Assembly (NCBI GenBank): GCA_049999805.1
Contig: JBNGIO010006249.1
Coordinates: 137,079-195,588 of the forward strand
Direction: 5' to 3'
Origin: Folioceros fuciformis
Taxonomy: Eukaryota
DNA length: 58,510 bases
The notes below the pieces were generated by a model, which was not told the DNA's origin, did no database searches, and was given only the letters and a program-made list of their open reading frames with translations. Of the stretch, positions 1 to 14,100 are shown in pieces. The position numbers and the translations under genes are program-made. How positions within the stretch are numbered: position 1 is the first letter of the stretch; each line of letters begins with the position of its first letter.

Positions 1-75
1 TCAAGAAAAGCACAACCTAGCATAGAGAGGTGGGTCAAGAAAAGCACAACCTAGCATAGAGAGAGGTGGGTCAAG
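1..75. repeat. Tandem repeat, two ~35-bp units (tcaagaaaagcacaacctagcatagagaggtggg), may continue beyond the window start
   Basis: Direct duplication visible in the sequence. Confidence 0.85.
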
Positions 76-599
76 ATGACCTCAACCATGCGAAAACGGA
101 ACATTATGCGTACAGCAAAGTAGTGTTAAGACAAGTGGGAGGTCATACATAATGACTTGAAAAAAAATCTTTGATCATGAACACCACCCAGGCTCCAACA
201 GGAGCTTGTACTAGGATTTTACTATTGTAGAAGGTCGTAGGTATTGGAACTCCCCTCGAAATAATCGAACAACAACAGGGACTTAGTAGTTTTTTTTAGT
301 TTTGATCAATAGAGTGACTGAATATACAGTCCGAGTGGCTTCTTTTATACCCAAAAGTCTCTTGGGCCCATGGTAGTTCACTCTCCGGCATGGTTTTGCT
401 CACTAATCACAGGTGCTTGGGTCTTGACAATCGGAGAGGGCCGAACTCGCAGTTCCTTGGACATTGGCAAGATTATTTTGTGAAGATTATTCAGTGTGAA
501 GCCTAGAGAAAACACTCGATAGGACGAAAAGCAGGAGGCGCAAAAGAGGTCACGAGAGGCATAGTGAGCAGTAGCAGGAAGGGGGACGGCCATCAAGGA

Positions 600-1443
600 G
601 AATGAGGTCTACAGCAAGCGTGTGATGGCAGCTCACTTGGAGACAACAATTTCCACCGCTCAGTGGCCCATCATGGTTCATTAGAAGATAAAAGCAGGCG
701 GGCTGGTGCAGGAGCTGGGGCTCAAGTTTATGGAGAAGAAAGTGTCATGACAGTCCTGTTTTGGCGTAGGAGTGTGCTTGTTTTCTAAGGAGTATAGAAC
801 TTGAAGGAACTTTAAGTCAGAGGCCCCAGAGTTGTTTCATGAGGCTTATGGGCGAGAGAAGGCAGAGCGAGGAGGAGCAGTAATTGATCTACAGAAGAAA
901 AAGACTTTAAAAACTACAATGGCAGCGCTCATGAGGCTTGGAGAAGCGAGGAGTAACAATGGCTAGGTGGTGCGACAGCTAAATTCAAGGCAGCTGGTGG
1001 GGCTGGCCAAGTGGGTCCTATGCTTCTTAGAGAGTAAGAAGTTAGATCACATGGCTGACCATTTTCTAGTGTTTCTCCATGAGGTAGTCAGTGGGGCGAG
1101 GGTGGATTGGACCCGGATCATCTTTGAGCGTGCTTGTGAGGAGAGAGCGAATTTGCTAACCACTTCACCCCATCCCTCCTTCATCTCGCTGTTTTTGATT
1201 CATCTTTTTACACACACTAACACTAAGTGTCTAATAGAGTTGGAAGTCGTGTCTTCCCTTCATAGTTGGAAACCGGTCAAAGAGGTCAAGGTAGAGGAAG
1301 GTGAACATAAGGACGTCTCGGGGAGAACTTCAGCAGCTGGGAACCCGAGTCCCCAAGGGATTTCGAGGAAGGAGTCACGGTGCCTAGGAAGAGGAAGGGC
1401 CGAAGAACACAACGAAAGGTGGCAAAGAGAGGGAAAAGCCTAG
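600..1443 (+). mobile_element. Probable decayed transposon-derived ORF
   Basis: ORF 967-1443 is preceded by an in-frame stop that interrupts similar coding-like sequence. The segment 'RVDWTRIIF' resembles accessory ORFs of plant retroelements, and the context is repeat-rich. No diagnostic RT or integrase motif was seen. Confidence 0.3.
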
Positions 1444-2758
1444 CAAGTGAGTGTAGGGTTGAAATTGAGCAGTGCTAAGAAAGATTGTTGATAGATTGAG
1501 TGGGGAAATTAGTGAGAATTTGTGATGTAGTGTAGTGCCGAGGTATGGTTGGCCCTAATCTGCACCTACTAGTGTGATCTGGTTGTAGAATAATGCGAGT
1601 GTGGCTTGGTGTGCATGAGAATTAGTTTGCACAATCTATAGCTCCTTCACAAGCTTTAGATATCTGAAAGCTTGCTCAATCACGATGTGAGTAGAAGAGT
1701 GTTTGTAGTTATAATTATCATCCACATCAGAGAGACCTAATCCAGGTATGGGCACAAGTAGTCGTGGCAAGAGAGGATATCAAACGTCTCCTAATATGTA
1801 TTCTCCCACCTCATATCCAATTATCGTTTCCTTAGGCCCATGTAACTAATTTCCTTCCACTGCAGCTCTATAAAACCCTAAATTCACCAAGATTCTAGTA
1901 TAATTGGCCGTACTGGGCCACCATGTTACCACATTAAGAAACCATTTATTTGGGCCAACAAAATGGCTTGCATAGCCATGGAGAGACCTTTGTGGCCATA
2001 CCAAGTGAATTTCTATTAGCCCATGGGTTGCTCAATACTGAAATGAGTGGTATCCATGATTCCGGAATTAACTCTCAATCGCTTCTTGTTGGATCACATT
2101 TGGCCAAGTAAGATGCTATCTACCAAATTTCAATAGAACACATATGAAATGACAACAATAGTTGAAGGCTGTGGTAGTTCCCACACTGAATTGTTCTCTA
2201 AGGCTCTTATAAGAATCCCATGATACCAATCGATGAAGAGCAATTACCACTTGCTTGTGGACTGGTAAAATTTGTCCAGTGATCTCGAAGAATCTTGGCA
2301 CAATAGTGTGCTCAAGGTCATTGTGGACAAGACCACAAACATATTGAAACATATTAGGCAAAAACTTAGTGAAGGTTTTAAATGACTGTGATCATCGTAA
2401 ATAACATATTGTTCGTAGAGGTCCCAACAACTGGGTGCTTGTGGTTTAATGTACTAAGAGCTCTGTTGTAGACCTACCAAAAATTTTGGGGTCCATTCCG
2501 CTAGAGCAAGCATAGGAAGTAGAAGACCATTGATGGATTTCGTCATAAGCAAGATGTGCTCCACCCTAGTGTTCGCTTGGGCGTGGAGATCAAGAACCTC
2601 ATCCTGAGAATGAGAATCCAACCGGCTTTGACACAAAGCTAATCAGTGACAAGCTATGTGTGAGGGCACCTTGTAGTCCAACACTCATTGCCATAATGGC
2701 AATCACAACCTCCAAGTCACAATCACCTTGAGAAATTTGGCTACGATGGCAAAAGATG

Positions 2759-2871
2759 CGAATCAAAACGAAATAGCAATAGCACATAGGCACAAATATG
2801 AGTGCAAGAAGAAGCGAATCAAAACGAAATAGCAATAGCACATAGGCATGGATATGAGTGCAAGAAGAAGA
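2759..2871. repeat. Tandem repeat, two ~56-bp units (gaatcaaaacgaaatagcaatagcacataggca...gagtgcaagaagaag)
   Basis: Direct duplication visible in the sequence. Confidence 0.85.
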
Positions 2872-3209
2872 TGAATATAAATACCCAGAGAATACGGATA
2901 CAAATTGTATGATACACCTCCTTCTACATACGTGCCACGATGGCGGTTATCTTGGGTCCATAAAATCCTTCTTGTTTTTAAACATAGACCTATTTATAAA
3001 TCGTATCCACATAACTAAATGATAAATTGCCTGATCCTCCAACTTCGTGTCATTTGTGCAAAACTGGTCGAGGGCCAAGTTCATAGATTTTGACTCTAAG
3101 CCCATTTCCGTACTATGAACAACCTTGGCGCAGGTCTTCATAAATTAGGAAAATGCCTTACACATGCCCGCATGGTGTTAATGGCAAGGGGATAAGGATG
3201 TGCCCTACT

Positions 3210-4127
3210 TTGTAGAGGGGTGTACTTGTAGATCTTCGCCCATTCCCTCCCCTCGGCTACCCAATCTCTGAAGTTGGGGACAACATGCTTACATACCAAG
3301 ACCTACCTGTGTGAGGTCTGTTTTGACTATGTCAGCAACAAAAACCTATTCTCCTTGGGTGAGGAAGAGGTCATCTCCCCTCTACTACCTAACCAATGGA
3401 GTTGAGGACAACATGCTCGCAAATAAAGACTTATGTTAGGTTCGTAGAGGGGTGTACTTATAGTGTCGTTCGTTTTCTCCCCTCATGTACCCAACCCATG
3501 AAGTTGAGGGCAACATGCTCATAGATTAAGACATGAGTGAGGTCTATTCTAACCACATTAGCAACAGAGAAACCTGTCCTCCTTGGATGAGGAAAAAGGT
3601 CATCTCTTCTCTACCACCCAACCACGGGAATGAGAACAACGTACTTGCAGGCGAAGATTTATATGAGGTTTATAATGACCATGTCAATAATAGATAGAAA
3701 CCCATTCTCCATGGATGAGGAAAAGGTTAGTTCAAAGGAAAACAACATTAAACAAAGTGGATGGGCGCTCCTTCAAAGGTAGAATGCCAACCTCCTTGGC
3801 CAACAAAAATATGGCATCACATGCGAAGTAGCTCAGAGTGATGGATTTTCCCCTAGCTAGGCAATTGCGAAGATGAGTACTAGAGTTATCGAGAAGTATC
3901 TCACAGCAATAGATAGAAACGCATTCTCCATGGATAAGGAAAATGTCAGTTCAAAGAGAAACAACATTAAGCAAAGTGCATGGGCCCTCCTTCCAAGGTA
4001 GAAAGCCCAGCCTCCTTGGCCAACAAAAATATGGCATCACACACGAAGTAGCTCAAAGTGATGGATTATCCCCTACCTAGGCAATTGGGAAGATGAGCAC
4101 TAGAGTTGTCGAGAAGTATCTCACAAC
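3210..4127. repeat. Diverged tandem repeat block: ~110-230 bp units at 3210-3725 and two ~220-bp near-identical copies at ~3690-3908 and ~3909-4127; probably TE/LTR-internal
   Basis: 'gtagaggggtgtactt', 'gacaacatgct' and 'ggatgaggaaaa' recur, and 'cctccttggccaacaaaaatatggcatcac' occurs twice. Confidence 0.8.
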
Positions 4128-5163
4128 TGCAAGAAGAGAGAGAGCGTAGGTAGAGGAGGAAGAACCAAAAGCTATTGCACGCTACGTCATGTCTCTAGTC
4201 ATTTGGACTCGTGTCAATGGGTGAGGTTTTTTACAAGTTACTTAAGGCTTGTGCTCGAGAACCCATTGCAGTAGGAGTGAGATTGGCCTCACTTTGTAAT
4301 GCACCGTGGCTTTCTACAAGAAGCTAAAACCCATTGCCCTCCCATTGGCATTGACTAGCACACTACATATATGTAGGATGATAGGCAAGGAAGTGCAAGA
4401 CAACCAACATCTTTGGGACTAGCCCAATCCTATTCAAACAAGCAAGTGCAAGATAGTTGCCTCATCCTGTGTAGTGGTAATATTGTGTCTTTGACTTTTA
4501 TATTTTGGGCAAGGGAAACAATGCTTAGTTAAGCAATTAGTGCAGGTAAATCTCGTTGTTATGGTTCCCAATGAGGGCACCAGAACTTGTTTGTGGCTTG
4601 CATGGTCTTGGGGTACATGGACTCGGTCCTTCCTCTTTTTTTTTTTTAAATTAAGGTTTCCATTGAGATAACGCTTAGAGCGCCAATCCGTAGGGACCTA
4701 CGACACGGATTGAGATCAACTAGACGGAGAGGGTAGAGAAGTTGCAGGCCGTTAGCATGAATATTGAAATAAATGAAAGAGGAAAGAAGCGGAAAAAGCC
4801 CCGCCTTCTTGTGCATTCAAACCCCCGAATGGCCAACGGCTCTTTGTGCTGTCGCTGTGGCAGCGCACGCCAGCCGAATTTGATGGCTGTCTCCCAGCGC
4901 CTTCAGGCTCTCGTTCACCCGCCTCCTTCTCTTGTCCTCCACTACGCTCCCTGCCTCTGGTAGTACACACTGTCGTCGGAGCTTCGGTCTAGGATTTTGT
5001 TCCTCCTATTCATTCTGTCTGCTGCAAATGCGCATCGGCATTGCGGAGCGCTCGACCCTCTGGATCATCCGCACGGTTTGGCCGCCTCCGCTGAAGCCCT
5101 GTTCTTAATCCTGTGCCTGCTCTGCGGCAAGAGGCGCGGGTAGGCCGGGTGAGACTCTCTGAG

Positions 5164-8100
5164 ATGCCGCCCCATCGCCCCCGCCCGGGGCGGCCCGCTG
5201 CCTCCCCGGCTGACACTCCACACAGGGAGAGGGAGCCGTTCTCCGCAGGTCCGTTCCGGCAAAAGAGCGCAGCAGCAGGCGCGGGCACTACTCCCACCAG
5301 GAAGGTCCGCCAGTACGGGGAGAATCAGCCTCCCGAGAATGTGAACCTGGTGAGGGGAAACATTCTGGAGCCGGCATCGCCTGCGCTCCTCAAGTCGGCT
5401 TCCAAGAAGGCACTGGGGAATGGGCATCCCGGCGGCAGCCCAGCCCTGCCTCCCAAGCCGCCGTCCGCCAGGCCGTCCCCTGGCCAGACTGGGGCGCACT
5501 CCGGGGCAGGCCCCTTGAACCTGGTGGAGTCGGGCCCTAGAAGAAAGCTCAGCTGGGACATGGAGGGTGCAGGGACCTCGGACGCCGGATCTAACCAGGT
5601 CGCGGCGGTTTTTGCTCGTTTGCCGCTGGTGGATGGCAGCGTGGCTGATACTGGAGTCAAGGTTTGCATCTTTTTCAGTGTGTTCTGCTGGCTCGGTTGT
5701 CTGTAGGTTTTGGCGGGATTTGAATCTGGCTTGGATGCTCAGGCTGTCTTGTTTTTGCAGGTAGTTGTGAGGGTGAGACCCCTGAACGCCCGGGAAGAAC
5801 AAGAGGAAGAAATTGACGCCTTCCAATTTTCCTCTCAAACTATCTCCTTAGCTAATCAAACTTTCACTTTTGATGCTGTTGCTGGACCCGAAGCCGACCA
5901 GGTAGGTTCAGATTGTTGTGCCCATGGTTTTCGCATGTTACGTACGCCTAGGGGTGTCACTCAGGCAGGGTTGGAACTTTTCTCGGGATGTGCAGTCAGC
6001 CCTTTTTCAAATGGTTGGCCTTCCAATGGTGGAGAACTGCATTGCCGGCTTCAATAGCTCCATTTTCGCATATGGACAGGTCGGTTTTATGCTTTCCTCA
6101 ACCTAAGTATTCTGATGGAGTGGCCTCTGTGAAACTAACAGTTAGGTTGGATCTTGTTGTCTTGACAGACCGGAAGTGGGAAGACTTATACAATGTGGGG
6201 ACCTACAGACGATCCCTCCAGCAACAACCCAACCCCAAACGAAAACAGGGGTATAGCGCCTCGGATTTTTGACCAGCTCTTCAGCAGGATGCAACAGGTG
6301 CACTGACAGGCTGTCCCCATCATTATCTTGGATATCTGCTGTTTTCAGCACTTAACTGTATACGACCCATGATGCAAAGTTTTCTTAAGAGTTCCGTTTG
6401 CGTCGATCAGGAGGAGCTGAAGAATGTGAACGATCAGTTGCGGTATCAATGTAGATGCTCGTTTCTTGAGGTACAATAAAGGCTTATTGCCATCTTCACA
6501 GATTAATCTTCGTCATCGAAAATCTGAGCACTCTGTTAACCTTTTGTTGTTTTCAACGATAGATTTACAACGAACAGATCACTGATCTGTTGGAGCCCTC
6601 GCAAAAGAATTTGCAGGTACGTGACACAGTTGTGCTGTTACGGTTCAGGTTTGAATGTCGGGCTTGAATGCGATTTCGGTGCTGAAGGTGTTTTTGCCGG
6701 GTTGCAGATCAGGGAGGTTAAGACTGGAGTATATGTAGAGAATTTGACCGAGGAGTACGTATCCTGCGTCGATGACATAACTCAGCTGCTTCTAAAGGTA
6801 GTCAATCACTGCTTTCTGTGATGGCTCACTCCTGGAATGTTGCGACCATGGTGCCCTGCTGATGCACGTAACATGTTTGCTTCTTCAGGGACTGGCAAAC
6901 AGACGAGTCGGATCTACGATGATGAACAGTGAAAGTTCAAGGTCTCATAGCGTCTTTACATGTGTGATTGAGGCTCGGTTCAAGGTACGTGTTTCATCGA
7001 TTTCAGCTTATAGCTTCTGCTTTCGTCTCACGTCCTGACTAGCCAGTGTCACGTCGGAATGCAGAGCGTGGCACAAGGCGTAAGCAGCATCAGGACTAGC
7101 AGGATGAATCTTGTAGACCTTGCTGGATCTGAACGTCAAAAGCAAACGGGTGCTGCAGGCGACCGTCTGAAGGAGGCGGGCAATATTAATCGCTCCTTAT
7201 CTCAACTTGGGTATGAATCAACTCGCCTTGTTCTCCCGACCCGCACTCAATCCCTGAGTAGCGTTCCGGACTGAAATCAGGCGTGTCTTCTGGCAGGAAC
7301 GTTATCAACATTCTTGCTGAAGTTGCTCAAAGTGGCAAGCAAAGGCACATCCCTTACCGAGACTCCCGTCTCACTTTTTTGCTACAGGAATCTCTGGGCG
7401 GAAACGCTAAACTAGCAATGGTTTGTGCCATATCCACAGCAAGCAGGTAGCTATGGTGTGCCCTCGACTGACCCGACTCTTTGTCTGCGAATTTTGGAGG
7501 TCCTCATCAATTGAAGTTGTTTCTCAGCTGCAGAAGTGAAACTTTGAGCACCCTCCGCTTTGCAAAAAGGGCAAAGGCAATACAGAACAAAGCCATCGTC
7601 AACGAGGAGACTGCGAACGATGTCAACCTCCTACGTGAACAGATCCGGCAACTCAAGGTGAGAAGTCGGTTGCACTTTGTAAGTTTGTATCATGAGTATG
7701 GTCGCTGATCCTGTTTATTGGTGGGCAGGAGGAGCTAATGAGGATGAAGTCGAACATGCCTCAAAGTTCCCCTACTGGGGGATACTCTAGTGGCTGGAAC
7801 GCACGCAGAAGCTACAACTTGTTGCGGTTAAGTCTAAGCCACCCAATGGCGTTTCCAAAGTCAGACCTTGGCAAATCAGATTCCGACGAAGAGATGGAGA
7901 TTGACGAGGATTGCCTCGACGGCGGGAAAGTCGATTCCAGTGTTCAGGCAACCGACGAAGAACTGTCTTCTGGGAAGAGCACGTGTTCCAGCAGCAGCGA
8001 AGGCATGATGTTGTCACCGGAAAAGACCTCTGATCGAGCTGGAATGACTCAAGAGCATAACCGCTCGATCACAGCAGATTCACTGGCCCAGGAACTTTCT

Positions 8101-11100
8101 CCAGGTCTGATTCTGACAGAGGGTGGTGTGTCTGGTCAGCTCTTCTCAGACGTCCCTACAGAAATTACAACTGTCACCAGGCTGGTTTCAGACGAACTGG
8201 CAAGTATCCCCAAGATTGTAACTACGACGAAGGTTGCATTAGGTCCTATGTCAGCGGAGGCTGGTTCAGAAGACGCTCAAGAACAGGATACTATCGAGGT
8301 GCAGGCCGTCGCCAGCGCCGATGTACACGAGTGTTCGACCGAGACGCAGGGTGCAAAGGAAGGCGTGAAGGGAGATTTGCAACTAGAGGCTGCTGTCGAA
8401 GTGCAGACTGTCACCAGGGCCGATCCACAGGTAAAGAACGGTGAAAAGGAAGCTTCTTCGAGTGTGGTTGTAGAGGACACTCTGTCAGGAGGGCTCCAAG
8501 AAGAGGTTGTTACCCAGGTGAACAGTATCACCTGTTCCAACCCCGACTTGTCACTTTCCTGCAAGAACACTACACAGAGCGCTCTTTCAGGTGTAATCCT
8601 TGAAGACAATGGTTCAGCAGATCTCCTAGAGGTGGCTGTTACTGAGGTGAATATCGTCACCAGGGCCGACTCAGAGGACTTGTCATGTCCTCCCGAGATG
8701 GAGCTTTTTCAGAAAACTCTTGCAGGTGTAATGTCTGAGGAGGACATTGTTACAGGAGGCGTCTCAGAAGAAGGTGCTTTCGAGAAAAGAACTGCACGCC
8801 GGCTCGACGAAGATGAGGTGGCACTCTCAATCGGGAAGGATCCTGTCAGTTGTGCAGTGGCTACGCAGGCGTCGTGTTGCGAAGACCAGGATCTGGGTTT
8901 GAATTCTGAAGGCCAGATTGTCTTATCAGACAAATCAGCGACCGAGACAGTGCACGCATGTGCCTTTTGCGGATCACGAACAGTGGGAGCCAAGACGGAC
9001 AAGACTGATAGCCGGGAGGAATTTTCAGAGTCTCTGTCTGAGAAGACGGTGCAGACGGCAATTGACATGATGTACGTCTTGGCTGGGGTGCCGGTTGGCG
9101 AAGATGTGCTTCTAGGGGCACTGGCTGAGGAGAGCCCGCAAAAAAGCGCTTGCAGCCAGGGTGTGCTATCAACGTTACCATTCGAAGAGAAATTGCTAGC
9201 ACCTGCTGTCAGCCAGGATCGGCCTTCAGGTTCTCTAGCAGAAGAGAAACCGCTATCTAGCTCTCTAAGCCTGGATCTGTCACCATTGAAGGATACAAAG
9301 CAAACACACTCTGACAGCTTTTCGCTGTCAACTTCCCCAGACGACGGGCCTGCACAAGATACAAGTCTGAACCTGAATATCTGTAGATTATCAGGCCACG
9401 AGCCATCGACATTGGAAGCAGATGAACAGGGCGTGCTCTTAAGCTTAGCACGCGAAGAGGCTATGCAAAGGATTCCTGTGGTGGACCATATGGTTGACAA
9501 TGGTGATCTGGAAGAACTGGTCTGCGATTATGGGAGGTTTTCAACGGATCCCTCTGATTTTGTGTTTCCTAAGGATCGCATGTCTGTGGGACCCGTCGAC
9601 TCCCGGACAGAGAAGACTCCATTGTTCATCCAAACGCTGCCGGATAGTTGCGATTGGGAAGGGATATCGGTGCCTGATCCAGCCAAAGCAAGTGGTGATG
9701 AAGCCGCAGCAAGTGGACTCAAGAATGATCTGGACCTTGAACACGTTGCTGGTACAGATGGAGACTCCAAAGTTTTGAACGACGATGACACTGGCCCCCT
9801 GGTAATGTCGTCCACTGAGGTTCGAGAAAGTTGCAGTGTGAGACACCAGACTTCACCAACAGGGGAGGGTGCTCGGATTATTGCTGACGAGGGTGTTGCG
9901 GACAGAATTACAGGATCGCATACTTTTTCTGAGGGGGCAAACTGCGAAGCTGTGGTTGACCGAAAGGCTGAGCCGAGCTCTCCACGTGGACGAGAGATCT
10001 CCCAACCTCACATTGTCAGAGGTGAAGAGGACAGCTCCAGATCGGTTGGAGGGCTGTCTCCGCCTGAACAGGAGATTTCGCTTGTCTTTGCTGTCACTGA
10101 TGTTCGGTGGGACTCTGTGTCTGAACAGAGAACTGCTGTTAATGACAGAGTTGCCGGGTCTCATTGTGCGTCCGAAGTGGAGGTTCCCGACGTTGTGGTC
10201 GAGCGATCTGAATTGCCAGCTGGACAGCAACCAGCTCTTGTTGGGGTCATTGCAGCATTCCACGACTTCTCGGACAGTATAGGCCAAGAGAAAGATTTAG
10301 CGGAGCTGGAGCGTTGTGACAGGAATGATTGTGCTGCATTGTTAGTCATTTCAAATGTTTGCACTTCGTCATCGGTTTCGGGAAATTTCACAGAGGTCGC
10401 AGGTTACAGCAGTGAGGAGGAAAGAACTTTGGCCCAGGGCGACAGATCACACCCCTTGGCCAATACATGTGAGGTAATTCTTGGAGGCGTTCGCTCGCCT
10501 GTCAAGTCAGAGAGCGGAACCCCGAACTCGGATGCAGTGCAACATGCCAGGGCCCCTGTCGCGGCAGGCATAAGCGCTAATGTTCGAGATTCGGACGAAT
10601 CTCTTTGCCAGGAGCCGCCTTCATTCTCTATTGAGGGTGTGGACGCTCTTGTAGAACTGGCTGAGAGTACTCACGTTGCTGAGAACAGATCTAATGCACC
10701 GGGCAGGGAAATAGAGTTCGCTGCTACCCAAATTGTGGCGTTTTCTACGCAGTTGGATCAAGCGAATGAGGTGCCACTGGATGACGATGTGTGCCAACTT
10801 GGCACAGAGGGAGACAATCTGGGTAGAAGAACTTCATACTCAACCAGATCTTTGTTTGTCGACGGTGAGGACGCACCTGCAGCGGAAAGCGTTGGGGAGT
10901 CAAATTCTGTGGAATCACAGGAACTTGGTTCGTGTGAGCATGTCCTATCAATCGCAACCGACAGTGATAGATGCACAGCATGGCTCGGGAATGAAAGTGT
11001 TGCCTCTGGGACAGATGCTGCTGGTGCCGTTCTCGTGCCTTCTTCAGTGGAGATGCCGCAGGTAGTTGAGTCCCAGTTGGACGAGGAATTCTCTTCGAAG

Positions 11101-14100
11101 ACGGTTATCCCTGCTGGCGACAGAGTTTCATCAGTGAGCAGCACGGAGGATAATTGGCTTCCAGCCGTACTGGAAGTTACGTCACTGGCGGCAGAGGCGT
11201 TGGAGGCGTCACAGCCCACTGATTCCCCACCCGGTGAACTTTATATGGTCGTTGTGCAGGGAAGCATTGAACAGGGCCTGAAGGGCCTTGAGGAGACGGG
11301 TTACGTGTCTGACATTCCGCAGCTATTGGAAGCCAAGGAGCTGGAAGGGCATGGCGTTCAAGGAAGAAACCGGGGGTGTAAAGTCGACGAGAGTCAGCCC
11401 TATTATGACTGTGTCAGTGTATTCGACTCCTGCAGTGGGCTCTTGTCTAGCGTCAGCTGCTCAAGAAAGTACTCAGTATATGGCAGCCCCAGTGTCCAGG
11501 AATCTGTTGAAAGCCGGAGATTGGGATCACCCATGCACACTGATTCACCAGTGTTCACCAGGTGGGAGACTGCAAACTGTGGTAAGGAAAGGGAAAATGA
11601 AGAACCAGGTAACGAGTGTTCCATCCAGACCCCAGATAAGGATTCTTCCACCCAGACCCCAGATAACGGTATGGAGTCAGATGGCTCCCCTGAACTGCTA
11701 TCCACCGTCGCTGAAGAGCTACAAGAGGAAACACTTGCTGTAGAACTGGCGTCACCATTTCCGATGCCGACGCAGAGTGACTCTCCTAAGTTCTCTCGAG
11801 ACCCTTTGAATCTGGGGACTGTCAGTGGGACTGTCTTCAGCCCTCAAACTCGGCCCACTTCGAAGTCTCCTTTAAGCCTCATTCCCTCCAACGTCGCTGC
11901 GTCTTCCTACCTTAAGTCGAATGCTGGGCTTCAGTCACTTACCGACGATAATAGCCTTCAGAGCTGGTGTGCAGGAGGTGTGGAAAGTGATGGTGCGCTG
12001 TCGGCTGTGGATGAGGTTTCACCCTTCAAGAAGGAGTTTGAGAATGGTGGTTCGTCCAAGAAGAGACGGTCAGCAAGTAAGAGTCCGGGTTTGCTCCAGA
12101 GATCTCTACAAGTGCAGAAGACTCCGTTGTCACCAATGGATAGACTCTGGCCGTCTCTTTCTCCCAGAGAACGGCTTGCTGCAAGTCTTCACCGGGGAGC
12201 AGAGATATTGGAGAGAAGCAACACACCTTCTCCAGTCAGGCGGTCTTGTACTGTCAGCTTTGCTTTCCAAGGACAGGAGACAAGAATGAAAAAGGCTGTC
12301 ATGGTGGACGTGGGTGTACAGACATCGCCTGTGAAGGAGCTTATTGCAGCTACAGATGTTTCGGAGCTTGCTGACGGAGCTATAGTTGTTGAGCCTGTGG
12401 CTCTCGCTACCCCAAAAACAGAAGCTGTGAGCACTGATTTGGTCTATACTTCCGTTCAAACTTCTCCGGGTGCGTCTGAAAGTGAAGATCCTCAAGCCTC
12501 GTCGATGATTGATTCATCTCAATGGCAGATGGTGGCCATACAGGAGTCACCCACTCCAGTCAAACACGACCAGAAACCCCAGGTCCCGCTGAGCAAGGTA
12601 CCTTTTACAGTATTCCTGTACAAAACTTGCTGTGGCATTCCAATTTTGGGCAGACACTGACTACCTCCTTCAGGCTGTTGAAGCTGTTCTGGCAGGATCA
12701 ATCAGAAGGGAAACTGTGGCCGAAGAGAAAGTTAGAAAGCAAGCTGCTGAAATCGAGCAACTTAACCGACTGGTAACCCATCGGCTCAAGCCTGATGCCC
12801 GCAGGTATCTGTTTTTTCATGTGTAGCAGTTTGAGCTCATTTTTTTTTTTTTGCTTTGCTGGCAGGTCCGGCAATATAAGCATGAACGTGAGTGCAATGC
12901 TATCCTTCAGCAAAGTCGGGAGGACAAGATAGCTAGGCTGGAGAGCCTTATGGACGGGGTCCTGCCATCTGATGCTTTCGCGGATCAGGAATGGAGATCA
13001 TTAAATCATGATTATCAGGTGCTTACACCTTCACACAAACCTAGTGTTCTCCTACACCGAACCTGTAGATACTTCAAGCTGAATCTCGTCGTGTTTTGTG
13101 GGTATCAGATTTTGTTGGACAAGTATGACAATCATCCCGAAGTCACACTTTCAACAATTGAGCAACAAAGAATTCTGGAGGAACTCCGAGAGTATCGTGA
13201 TTTCTTTGACTTGGGTGAGAAGGAGGATATGCAAAAGGAAATCAGGCAGCTGCGCAAGCAGCTCCAGTCGTTTCTGGAGTCTGGTCCACCAAGACCAGTT
13301 GATAGTCGCCGACGGTCTATGATGCTGCAATCGATATCTTTGCGGCAATCCATGTCCCTAAGGCAATCTATGTCCCTGCAAGGCTCGATTGCAGAACCCA
13401 ACGCATTGGTTATGTGTGGAGATCCTAAACGGTTTGATGGAGCAAAGATGTCTGACGTATTGACCATGGTCGTCTCTGAAGACCAGTACGAAGAGGACGA
13501 CAAAAAGACTGTGCCCGAGCAGAAGGATGATGGGCAGGGGAGCAGCCTTTTCAAAGATATCGACAGTTTGGAAGAAGCCAGAAAGGAGTGGGAAGAACGA
13601 GAGAACGACTGGATAGCCGTTTTGGAAGAGCTGCGTCTGGAGGCTGATTCGTACAGACGTCAAGCTGAGATGAGAACGCATGAGCTAGAATGTGAAAGGA
13701 GGTGCTCAGACGAAGTGAGAGAGGCCTTGCAGATGGCCATGGAGGGGCATGCTCGCCTTCTGGATCAATACGCAGAGCTTCAGGAAAAGCACATCTCCAT
13801 ATTGGCTAAGCATCGCAAGATTCGGGACGGGGCCGCGGACGTGAAGAAGATGGCCAAACGAGCTGGCGTGACCCAATTGGAGTCGAAATGGCTAGAAACA
13901 CAATCCTTGAGGTTCGCAGCTATGGAGGCAGACCATGAGGAGGAAAAGCAGACAATGAGAGAGGAGATGGAGGGCCTGAGGGCTCAGCTCCGAGATACTG
14001 CCGATGCAGTCCAAGCCGCAGGGGAGCTCCTGGTTCGGTTAAAGGAAGCAGAAGAAGCCGTCTGCATAGCACAGGTTCGCAACGGTTTCGTGCCATTGGT

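Noticed and set aside
1850-2750. Possible retrotransposon gag/pol remnant
   Set aside because: No recognisable RT, RNase H or integrase motif could be read in any frame
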